From NCBI GenBank assembly GCA_038228235.1, contig JBBRPK010000007.1, forward strand, positions 5,813-69,812: DNA of 64,000 nt, written 5' to 3'. The notes below the pieces were generated by a model. It did not search any database. It saw only the letters and a list, made by a program, of their open reading frames with translations, and had not been told where the DNA came from. A program made the translations under genes and the position numbers. Origin of the DNA: Verrucomicrobiota bacterium (GTDB lineage: Bacteria > Verrucomicrobiota > Verrucomicrobiia > Limisphaerales > JBBRPK01). Positions 20,605-28,954 of this stretch are shown here, piece after piece. Numbering within the stretch: the stretch's first letter is position 1; every line of letters begins with the position of its first letter.

Positions 20605-20732
20605 TTCCGGCTTGTTAGAATTGTTTAGTGTCACGGTCATTACGTCCACGAGAATCCATCGCATTGGGGTTCACGCAAACCGAACGCACATGGACTACCC
20701 CTGCAAGCATCGGGGCAAATCCTCCAGATAGC

Positions 20733-20753
20733 TATCCCCCCAATAGGGGGGGG
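20733..20753. repeat. TATCCCCCCAATAGGGGGGGG hairpin motif (copy 2 of 2) in the HMA-gene / PSCyt-gene junction
   Basis: It has a C6-AATA-G8 palindrome. It lies 51 nt downstream of the HMA-gene stop (20804) and 69-129 nt upstream of the candidate PSCyt starts. It shares 'TATCCCCCCAA.T.GGGGG' with 11808-11825. Confidence 0.5.
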
Positions 20754-20803
20754 GCAACAAACGTCCACCCTTGGCCCACGGCGCGCAGTGCCTTAAAGTT
20801 CAC

Positions 20804-21364
20804 TCATGGGGCCACGCTCGTAACCACAACTTCCCGCTTCTTCAAGGCGGCTTCGAGGGCGGCGCGGTTGGTCTTATTGGTGTCGATGAGCGCGGTGATG
20901 CGGCCCTCCTTGAAGCTCGCGGTCGCCTGCGCTACCCCCTCAATCCTGTAGATAATTTCGTAGGCGGCCAGGCAGCAGGCTTTGCAGTCGAGGCCGGCGA
21001 CCGGGATCTCGATGCGATTGAGTTGGTCTTTTGGAGTGGAGATGAGGGGTTGGACGCCCAGGGTGTGGTTCGAGATGGAGCGAAGCCGTTCGTCAAAGCG
21101 CTTCGGAATGTCCTCGGCTTTCGTATCTTTGAACGCCACCGCCGGATCGTACCGGAGCACGGCTTCGGCGCGCGCAAAATCAAGCGAGACTAACTTGATG
21201 CCGGACAGCTGGGAGAGGGCGGCCCGCAGGTCGGCCTCGCGGTCGGCTGAGTATAGGCCCGTCACGCGGTGAATGAAGTTTTGCTCCGCCGCGGACAGCG
21301 ACAGAATCATGGGGCAGGGGAGAATGAAGACGAGAAATGTGTAACAAAGCAATTGGCTTGTCAT
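20804..21364 (-). CDS. secreted protein with two heavy-metal-associated (HMA)-like ferredoxin-fold domains
   Basis: The signal peptide is 'MTSQLLCYTFLVFILPCPMILSLSAAEQ'. The second domain carries a metal-binding-type motif, 'IEIPVAGLDCKACCLAAYEIIYRIEGV' (compare GMxCxxC). The first domain lacks the cysteines. The longer ORF to 21457 adds only an Arg/Trp-rich extension. Confidence 0.55.
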   Translation of the reverse strand: MTSQLLCYTFLVFILPCPMILSLSAAEQNFIHRVTGLYSADREADLRAALSQLSGIKLVSLDFARAEAVLRYDPAVAFKDTKAEDIPKRFDERLRSISNHTLGVQPLISTPKDQLNRIEIPVAGLDCKACCLAAYEIIYRIEGVAQATASFKEGRITALIDTNKTNRAALEAALKKREVVVTSVAP

Positions 21365-21462
21365 GCGCCATATCCGGTCCTGATCGCGCCGCCAATTTGG
21401 ATCGGGCCACCGTCGTCTTTTAGCACCCGTTCTGGGTGCAATGAAGTTGTGTGCCATGATTC

Positions 21463-24111
21463 TTATCGTGTCCGGAACAGGCGGCTTTGGATCACTTCAT
21501 GAATCAATGTGCGCAGGCCGCCACCTTGCTTCTTCGTCCTGGTGACGATGGCAGTGATTTCGTCCCGGTCGCTGAAGGTGATGTCTCGCCCGGTCGAATA
21601 AATCGCCAACTGCTGGGCCAGATTTTTGAGCAACAACTCGGGACGGGCGGCGAGCAGCGCTTGCAGTTCCCGGATGTCGGCGAACTTGCGCCCGTCGGGC
21701 AGTTCACCGCTTGGATCGACGGGCGGGCCGAGCTTAAAGCTGATGCCGATGAACGGATCGATAGAGCCGCGTAGCGCAGTGTCGCCCGCGCCGATGGAAC
21801 GGTAGCGCGCGCGGTAGCCGCCGATGACATCAAAGGATTCCAGCGCGAACCCCGCAGGATCCATTTTCGCGTGGCAGCCGGCGCAAAGTGGTTCATGGCG
21901 ATGCTTTTCGAGTTGCTCGCGAATAGTCGTGGCCCCGCGCACGTCAGGTTCGATGACGGGAATGTTCGGCGGTGGCGGCTCGGATGGCTGGCCGAGCAGG
22001 CGCGCCATGACGAACGCGCCGCGCGGGACCGGCGAGGTGGTCGTGCCATTCGCAGTGACTTTCAACACCGCGCCTTGCGTCAGGAATCCGCCTCGCGGAC
22101 AATCCCTGGGTAAGGCTACGCGACGAATCTGCGAGCCGGTCACGCCGGGGATGCCGTAATGGACCGCCAGCTTTTCGTTCACCATCGCAAAGTCCGAGCG
22201 CACGAGATAACTCGAGTCGAGATTCCGGTCGATGAGTTCGCGGAAATAGGCGCGCGTTTCCGCGACCATTGAATCCTGCAGATAAGGGCTGAATTCCGGA
22301 TACAGCTTCTTGTCCGGATCATTCGCGGCAATGGCCCGCAGCTTCAACCACTGGCCGGTGAAGTCATCGATGAATCGACTGAACTTGACGTCCGCCAGCA
22401 TCCGTTCGACCTGGGCGCGCAGCACTTTCGGCGCGTGAAGTTGTCCCGACGCGGCAAGCTTCGTGAGTGACTCGTCGGGCCTCGAGTTCCAAAGAAAATA
22501 CGAGAGGCGGCTGCCCAGCGCGTAATCATCAAGCGCCCTGGGCGGCTCGACGCGATAAAGAAAATCCGGCGAGCACAGTGCCGCGCGATAGGCCCAGCGC
22601 ATGGCCGTCTCGAAGCAATCGCCTGCCTTCAATCGCTCCGCGACCTTCGTCACGTAGGGCCCCCGAACATCCGCCTCGACGGGGCGGCGAAGGGCCTTGG
22701 GCAAGAAGCTCGCAAGCAAGCGATCGGCGTCGGCAAGTGGATCTTCGCTGCGCACCGTCCAGAGACCTTTCTCCGCGTCGGACCGATTTTTTCCGGCGCC
22801 AATTTGGCGGACCTGTTGGCGGGCCGGCGCATGCAGGCCGGGATTTTCTGCTGATTTAAATTCCCTGATCGGCAGGTCCCCAAACAACAGCCGATGCGCC
22901 GCGGGCGGCCAGATTTCGTGCAGCGGGCCTTCGATATCCAGCCAGTCGCATGCGATGCCCGGCCCGGTGAACGCCAGCGCCCGGCCTTTGCGGTTGTAAT
23001 TCGCGACGGGCGCGAGCGACGCGACGTTAAAGCCGATGATTTCATTGTAGTTCAACCAGGTCAGGACTTCGTGTTCTTTCTCCTCCAGCGACGGCGCGTC
23101 GTAGTAGCCCAGAACGTAGCTCGGATGCTGGCCTCCGCGACCGTCTCCAGTGAGTTGCACGACGGAAAGGCGGGCCACCTCGGTGCCGCGCGCGGGCAGC
23201 ACCTTTCCTTTGTCCCACTGGAAACTCCACAGCGACGTGCGCACGCGGTAGAGGCCGGGATAGATGGTGACGTGATCCATGAAATACGGACTCACGGATT
23301 CGTCCTCGTGACGGAACAAGCCGACGCTCGCGCCGTTGCTGAACGATCCCATGCGCTCGTGCGCTCCCAGGTCGAGATGATTCTGCTCGCCCGCGGGCGG
23401 GAAATCCGGATCGGGCTGCTTGTTTTTGAGGAGCACGCCGTCCCCGTTCATGATCACATGCGCGACGAAGCCCGCCGGATTGGCAAGGGAGATGCGGCGC
23501 TTCTGGACCGCCGGCGCGTTCGGTCGCGTAGCAATGGCGAGGTCGAGCGTCTTGTCAGCCGCCTCCAGATACCTGGCCAGATTTACGTGCGAGATGTCCA
23601 GCGCGTCGGCGTTGTTGTCGAAGCCGTGCGCCGAGCCGTCGGGCGGCAAATCACTCGCCAGCGCCAGTCCTGGCATGTCGAACAGATCGCGCATCGTGTT
23701 CTCATACTCGCCGTGCGTCAGCCGCCGCAAGCCCGTGCGTCCCTCGCTCGCGAGACGCTTCTGTTCTGCGGCGACGAGCGACTCGCGCAGCCACTTCTTC
23801 ACCGACGCGAGGTCCCTGGCGGGTGGACGCGCTTTTTTCTTTGGCGGCATTTCTCCGGACTCGATGCGGTCATGAACCTTCACCCAGCGTGCCCAGGCCT
23901 CCGCGTTCGCGAAGTCCGGCTTGAGCGCTGTTAGGTCGAGGTTGCCTTTCTTTTCCGATGCGTCGTGACACCCGAAGCAGTGCGTTTCGAAGAAGGCGGC
24001 CTTCGATTTTGGAAGCTCTGAGGCTGACAGCGCGCAAGGACGGCTACCAATGGCCAGCGCGACGAGGAGCGCCGCGTTGCCCGATCGTTTCAGATGACGA
24101 CCCTGAATCAT
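21463..24111 (-). CDS. DUF1592-family protein (DUF1587/DUF1592/DUF1595/DUF1588/DUF1585 architecture, heme-binding CxxCH motifs)
   Basis: Motifs seen are 'FFETHCFGCHDASEKKGNLDL', 'LGSRLSYFLWNSRPDESL', 'FLYRVE', 'FTGQWLKLR' and 'CAGCHAKMDPAGFALESFDVIGGYR'. I prefer the start at ATG 24111 ('MIQGRHLKRSGNAALLVALAIGS', signal-like). That start forms an ATGA overlap with the stop of the upstream hydrolase gene. Confidence 0.85.
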   Translation of the reverse strand: MIQGRHLKRSGNAALLVALAIGSRPCALSASELPKSKAAFFETHCFGCHDASEKKGNLDLTALKPDFANAEAWARWVKVHDRIESGEMPPKKKARPPARDLASVKKWLRESLVAAEQKRLASEGRTGLRRLTHGEYENTMRDLFDMPGLALASDLPPDGSAHGFDNNADALDISHVNLARYLEAADKTLDLAIATRPNAPAVQKRRISLANPAGFVAHVIMNGDGVLLKNKQPDPDFPPAGEQNHLDLGAHERMGSFSNGASVGLFRHEDESVSPYFMDHVTIYPGLYRVRTSLWSFQWDKGKVLPARGTEVARLSVVQLTGDGRGGQHPSYVLGYYDAPSLEEKEHEVLTWLNYNEIIGFNVASLAPVANYNRKGRALAFTGPGIACDWLDIEGPLHEIWPPAAHRLLFGDLPIREFKSAENPGLHAPARQQVRQIGAGKNRSDAEKGLWTVRSEDPLADADRLLASFLPKALRRPVEADVRGPYVTKVAERLKAGDCFETAMRWAYRAALCSPDFLYRVEPPRALDDYALGSRLSYFLWNSRPDESLTKLAASGQLHAPKVLRAQVERMLADVKFSRFIDDFTGQWLKLRAIAANDPDKKLYPEFSPYLQDSMVAETRAYFRELIDRNLDSSYLVRSDFAMVNEKLAVHYGIPGVTGSQIRRVALPRDCPRGGFLTQGAVLKVTANGTTTSPVPRGAFVMARLLGQPSEPPPPNIPVIEPDVRGATTIREQLEKHRHEPLCAGCHAKMDPAGFALESFDVIGGYRARYRSIGAGDTALRGSIDPFIGISFKLGPPVDPSGELPDGRKFADIRELQALLAARPELLLKNLAQQLAIYSTGRDITFSDRDEITAIVTRTKKQGGGLRTLIHEVIQSRLFRTR

Positions 24112-25262
24112 TTCGCCGCTCCGAATCGTTCCATCGCCCATTTCCGAAACTCGCCCTGCGCCTTCGCGCCGTCTCCGGGGAAGCCCGCGTGCTGCACCAT
24201 CCATACGATGGCGAGACCTTCGGCGGGCCGGATTTCCATGTTCGTGGAGTGCGCGCCGCCGTGCCCGAACCAGTCGGGGCCGACCGCGAATCCGAGACCG
24301 TAGCTTTCCTTCACCGATGACGGCGTCTGCCGTTTCGTCAGCTCCTTCAAAGCAGCCTCGCTGAGGTAACGGCGGCCGTGAAGGGCGCCGCCGTTGAGCA
24401 GCATTTGGCAAAAGATCGCCGTGTCTTGCGCGGTGGAAAAAAGCCCGCCCGCCGGCATTGGGAAACGGCGGATCCGATCCGTGAGGGGGTAGATGAGCTG
24501 GCTGATGGAAATCTCCTCGAGGGTCGCATTCGTCTTGTTCGCTCGATACGATTTCGCCACGCGCCGGGCCTGCGCTTTATTTGGCCAGAAGGTCGTGTTT
24601 TTCATCCCCAGCGGATCAAACAAGCGTCGCTGCATGAACTCCTCGTACTTCATCCCGCTCACGACCTCGATGATTCGTGCCGCCGTGTTGATACCGGCAT
24701 TCGAGTATTGGTAGCGCGTGCCCGGCTCGGTTTGCAGCGGCGTCATCGCATAGCTGCGCACCGCAGCGGCCAGCGGGAGTCCGTCGAGCGTCGGCTCCTC
24801 CGGGGCGGACTTGAACGGCAGCCCGCTGACGTGACTAAACACTTCGCGGATGGTGATCGGATGCGCCGGCTTGCGGAGCAGCATATGGCTCGCGTCCTTC
24901 TCTGCCACGACCATCTGGCCGCGGAATTCGGAAAGATATTTCTCCACCGGATCATCGAGCGCGATTTTGCCCTCGTCCACGAGCATCATGAGGGCGGTAG
25001 CGGTCATCGGCTTTGATTGCGAGGCGATCCAGAACATCGTGTCCGGCTTCATCCGCTTGCGACCAGCGACGTCGGCGAATCCCACCGCGTCCACTGAGAG
25101 CACCTTGTCGCGGCCCGCCACCAGGGCCACTGCGCCGGCCAGTTCCTGTTTCTCGACGAAAGGCTGCAAGATCGTCGTTGCGGATGCTGGCGGTGCGGCG
25201 GGGAGAGGTGACGTGAACGCAAGCGCGCCAAGCAGGACACCCAATAAACGCATGTTTCTCAT
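24108..25262 (-). CDS. beta-lactamase-fold serine hydrolase (class C / esterase-like), secreted
   Basis: The SxxK motif reads 'WIASQSKPMTA' and the YxN motif reads 'YQYSNAGIN'. The signal peptide is 'MRNMRLLGVLLGALAFTSPLPAA'. The ORF opens at 25304. Confidence 0.8.
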   Translation of the reverse strand: MRNMRLLGVLLGALAFTSPLPAAPPASATTILQPFVEKQELAGAVALVAGRDKVLSVDAVGFADVAGRKRMKPDTMFWIASQSKPMTATALMMLVDEGKIALDDPVEKYLSEFRGQMVVAEKDASHMLLRKPAHPITIREVFSHVSGLPFKSAPEEPTLDGLPLAAAVRSYAMTPLQTEPGTRYQYSNAGINTAARIIEVVSGMKYEEFMQRRLFDPLGMKNTTFWPNKAQARRVAKSYRANKTNATLEEISISQLIYPLTDRIRRFPMPAGGLFSTAQDTAIFCQMLLNGGALHGRRYLSEAALKELTKRQTPSSVKESYGLGFAVGPDWFGHGGAHSTNMEIRPAEGLAIVWMVQHAGFPGDGAKAQGEFRKWAMERFGAAK

Positions 25263-25359
25263 AAAGTAGTTCCAGCCATCTTTCACGGAAAAAGGGGGTC
25301 GCACGCCGCGACGGCGATTGGGCTGACAGAATCATGATTTTGCGGCCGATGATCCTCTC

Positions 25360-26616
25360 TCAGCCCAGCTCCAGCCCGAGCATCGTTCCCTTGGCCGTGG
25401 AGAACGAGTTCGCCTCGATACCGAGACGTTGGAGCATCGAGAGGTGCAGGTTCGCCAGCGGGTAATTGTTCGTCGGATCGAAGGCAAGGTGTTGACCGTG
25501 CTTGAAACCGCCGCCGGCGACGAGCACGGGCAGGTTTACATTGGAGTGCGAGTTTGCGCTGCCCATGCAGGTGCCGTAGAGAACCATCGTGCGGTCAAGC
25601 AGTGACTCGCCTTCTTCTCTGGCGCTGGCGAGCGCGCTCAGAAAATTCGCCAGGGCACCGAACTGCGCCTCCTCCTTGGCGCGTAACTCGGCGATAACTT
25701 CGGGGCGGTTGCCGTGATGCGTGATGTTGTGAATGACCGTGGTGTCGATAAAGAGGGAGATGACGCGCGTGGAGTCCGTTTCGAGGGCGAGCTTCATCAC
25801 GTTGAACATCAACTGCGTTTTGCGCACAAACTCGCGCTGGTCCTCGATGTCGTCGGGCGGCGGCATGGTGACAAGGGGCTTGGGTCTATGCTCCCATCCC
25901 TCTGCGCTGTGCAGGCGCTGCTCCAGTTCGCGCACGGACGTGAAGTATTGATCCATCCGGTGCTGGTCGCCCTTGGTGAGCGAATGATTCAGCCGCTTCG
26001 ATTGCTCGCCCACGAAGTCCAACAGGCTTCGACCCTGCCGCAGCGCTTCGACGTTCGCGGCCACTTCGTCGGGCCTTCCCTGGATGAAAAGTTTTTGAAA
26101 CAGTTTCTTCGGGCTGCGCTCCGCCGGAATGGGCGCGCCGCTCCGCGTATAACTCAACGTGCCGCCTTCGTTCGACATGGCGAGCACGAGCGACGGATAG
26201 CGCGTCTGGTTGCCGAGTTGCTCGGACGCGAACTGATCGAGCGAAATCCAATTGCGGAACCCTCCGCGCTCCGGATGCGGCGTGCCGGTGAGGAAACACC
26301 GCTCCGCCGCGTGTCCGCCAGTGACTCCCGGATGACTCACCCCGGAGAACACTGTCAGTTGGCCGCGATGCGCCGCGAGTTTCTCCAGGTACGGCGTGAG
26401 GGCAAAATCGCGGCCTCCCTTCTCCGGGAAGAAGAACTGGGGCATGATGCCCATGTTGGTCTGGATGCAAACCATGCGGCGCGGCTTCGTCAGGACCGCG
26501 CCGGCCAGCGCGAGTGCTGGACGCATAGCCTCTAGAAGCGGCAGCGCCAGGCAAACGCCAACACCGCGCAAAAAAGTGCGGCGATGGATGGCGGGCGAAG
26601 AGATGCACGGGCTCAT
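25360..26616 (-). CDS. DUF1552 domain protein, Tat-exported
   Basis: It has a Tat signal 'HRRTFLRGVGVCLALPLLEAM' and DUF1552-type stretches 'SLVLAMSNEGGTLSYTRSGAPIPAERSPKKLFQKLF' and 'MVLYGTCMGSANSHS'. The ORF opens at 26721. I prefer the ATG at 26616 ('MSPCISSPAI'). Confidence 0.85.
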   Translation of the reverse strand: MSPCISSPAIHRRTFLRGVGVCLALPLLEAMRPALALAGAVLTKPRRMVCIQTNMGIMPQFFFPEKGGRDFALTPYLEKLAAHRGQLTVFSGVSHPGVTGGHAAERCFLTGTPHPERGGFRNWISLDQFASEQLGNQTRYPSLVLAMSNEGGTLSYTRSGAPIPAERSPKKLFQKLFIQGRPDEVAANVEALRQGRSLLDFVGEQSKRLNHSLTKGDQHRMDQYFTSVRELEQRLHSAEGWEHRPKPLVTMPPPDDIEDQREFVRKTQLMFNVMKLALETDSTRVISLFIDTTVIHNITHHGNRPEVIAELRAKEEAQFGALANFLSALASAREEGESLLDRTMVLYGTCMGSANSHSNVNLPVLVAGGGFKHGQHLAFDPTNNYPLANLHLSMLQRLGIEANSFSTAKGTMLGLELG

Positions 26617-26836
26617 GTTGCTCCGTTCATAGCACAAGATCCGCTGGAGCGGCAACCGAAACTCCTGGTTTCCATGGCGCCGGCCCCGGTGCGGCTCAAG
26701 GCGCAGGTTGGTTAAAAACAACTAGGATGAACAAAACGCAACAGTTTTAATCTTACGTCGAAAAAATTTCATTTCAGCAGAATTGCTCAATGAACAAAGG
26801 TCTTTGCTGGTTTTGAGAATGCTGGGGCGCGGAGGC

Positions 26837-26852
26837 TGGCACTGCGGTTGCT
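26837..26852 (+). promoter_or_regulatory. sigma-54 (-24/-12) promoter upstream of glnK-amtB-glnA
   Basis: The sequence TGGCACtgcggTTGCT matches the consensus TGGCAC-N5-TTGCW exactly in the conserved GG/GC positions and spacing. It lies 92 nt upstream of the glnK ATG. Confidence 0.6.
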
Positions 26853-26916
26853 AAAAGTGTTTTTGCGTGGGCAATCGGACAAGTGCGTTTCGGTGTTCGA
26901 ATCGCCGAGTTGCTGA

Positions 26917-27282
<366 letters not shown>

Positions 27283-27314
27283 CGGACCCACCACTCCACA
27301 ACCCATTCTTACCG

Positions 27315-28862
27315 ATGAAAAAATCCCTATTGTTCGTCCTTCTAACCACCGCGTTGGGGGCATTGGCCCCAATCTCTCGCGCCGCCGATGCCCCAGCCGT
27401 GGCTGCGCCTGCGCCTGCCTCTGCCAGCGCCACTCCCAAGAGGGCTGACCCGACGGTGGATCAAAGGCTCGCCGATTTGGAAGCTTACGTGAACAACGGC
27501 GCTCGAGTAGCCGATGGCACCAACAACGTCAGTTCCAAATTAGGCAGCTACGACGAAAAAACGGGCTCCTATTCGCCCAATCCTGGCCCTGGCCACAACG
27601 GCTGGATGATGACCTCCTCGGCGCTGGTTTTGTTCATGACTTTACCCGGCTTGGCATTGTTCTACGGAGGGTTGGTCCGCCGCAAGAACGTGCTCTCGGT
27701 GCTGGCTCAATGCCTGGGCATCGCCGGTTTGGTGGCAATCATGTGGTGGCTTTTCGGCTATAGCATGGTGTTCAGCCGCCAGGCGGCCGGCAATACCGGG
27801 GAAGCGAGCACGTTCTTCGGTAATCTGAAGACCTTCGCTTTCCTCAATGGAGTGGATTCCTCGCCTAATACCGATTATGCCGGATGGGTCTCGCACAATG
27901 TTTATTCCATGTATCAATTGATGTTTGCCATCATCACTCCAGCCCTCATTATTGGGGCCATTGCCGAGCGCATGAAATTTTCTGCCATTCTCCTCTTTGT
28001 CGCTCTTTGGATGGTGCTGGTTTATTTCCCCCTGGCCCACATGGTGTGGGGTATTGATGGCTTCATGAATGGCGTTTGGAATGCCAAGGCCACGATCCAT
28101 GCCATTGATTTCGCCGGCGGCACGGTCGTGCATATGTCCTCGGGCTGGTCGGCCCTCATTCTATGTCTAATCCTGGGCAAACGCATCGGGTTCGGCAAGG
28201 AGCCGATGCCTCCGCACAGCATGGTGCTCTGTATGGTGGGGACGGGCATGCTTTGGGTTGGCTGGTACGGCTTCAACGCTGGGAGCGCCGTTGCCGCCGA
28301 TGTGGTCGCGGCCAACGCGTTCATGACGACGACCCTCGCCACGGCAGTCGCATCCTTTACGTGGGCCATGGCGGAGTGGATGTTCCGGGGAAAACCAAGC
28401 ATTTTGGGTTTCTGCTCGGGAGCAGTGGCGGGACTGGTTGTCATCACGCCGGCTTGTGGTTTCGTCGATGCTTCTGGATCGATCATCATTGGTATTTTGG
28501 CAGGCCTGATTCCGTTCTTCGCGGTTGTAAAACTCAAAGGGTGGATAGGCTATGATGATGCTCTCGATACTTTTGGGGTTCATGCCATAGGCGGCACTTT
28601 GGGAGCATTGATGACGGGCTTTCTCGCCACGGCCAAGGTGAACTCGAATTTGGACACGAATCTCAAGAATATCGTGGGCCATACGCTCTGGGTAGAACAG
28701 CTCAAGGCGATTGCCGTCACTTTGTGCCTGGCCGTGGTGATGACGACGATTATTGCTTTCATCGTGAAAGCCGTAATAGGTTTGCGTCCCAGCGAGGAAG
28801 TCGAGACCGCGGGTCTGGACCTTGCCGAGCATGGCGAGGAGGGCTACCACGCCGCCTCGTGA
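27315..28862 (+). CDS. amtB: ammonium transporter (Amt family) with extended N-terminal periplasmic region
   Basis: It is a multi-TM protein with Amt signatures 'AIDFAGGTVVHMSSGWSAL' and 'FGVHAIGGTLGALMTGF'. The signal peptide is 'LLFVLLTTALGALAPISRA'. Confidence 0.95.
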   Translation: MKKSLLFVLLTTALGALAPISRAADAPAVAAPAPASASATPKRADPTVDQRLADLEAYVNNGARVADGTNNVSSKLGSYDEKTGSYSPNPGPGHNGWMMTSSALVLFMTLPGLALFYGGLVRRKNVLSVLAQCLGIAGLVAIMWWLFGYSMVFSRQAAGNTGEASTFFGNLKTFAFLNGVDSSPNTDYAGWVSHNVYSMYQLMFAIITPALIIGAIAERMKFSAILLFVALWMVLVYFPLAHMVWGIDGFMNGVWNAKATIHAIDFAGGTVVHMSSGWSALILCLILGKRIGFGKEPMPPHSMVLCMVGTGMLWVGWYGFNAGSAVAADVVAANAFMTTTLATAVASFTWAMAEWMFRGKPSILGFCSGAVAGLVVITPACGFVDASGSIIIGILAGLIPFFAVVKLKGWIGYDDALDTFGVHAIGGTLGALMTGFLATAKVNSNLDTNLKNIVGHTLWVEQLKAIAVTLCLAVVMTTIIAFIVKAVIGLRPSEEVETAGLDLAEHGEEGYHAAS

Positions 28863-28881
28863 TCGAATCGAATTGATGGGC

Positions 28882-28918
28882 GCTGTGCCAGCAGGCATTC
28901 TCACCGTTGGCACAGCGT
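28882..28918 (+). terminator. hairpin between amtB and glnA (possible attenuator/weak terminator)
   Basis: A 10-bp stem, CGCTGTGCCA (28882-28891) / TGGCACAGCG (28909-28918), encloses a 17-nt loop and is followed by TTCCCTTT. Confidence 0.3.
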
Positions 28919-28954
28919 TCCCTTTAACACCTGAAAACTAACAGATAGATAAAT

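Noticed and set aside
24112-24411. A 100-aa N-terminal extension of the DUF1592-family ORF ('MPNAAQRRRPSRPPLPQRG...').
   Set aside because: It is extremely Arg/Pro-rich and overlaps the 3' end of the beta-lactamase-fold gene in another frame. The internal ATG at 24111 gives a signal-like N-terminus and a canonical ATGA coupling overlap.
28909-28925. TGGCACagcgtTCCC upstream of glnA, considered as a second sigma-54 promoter.
   Set aside because: The -12 region is TCCC instead of TTGC. The TGGCAC is better explained as the right arm of the 10-bp hairpin at 28882-28918.
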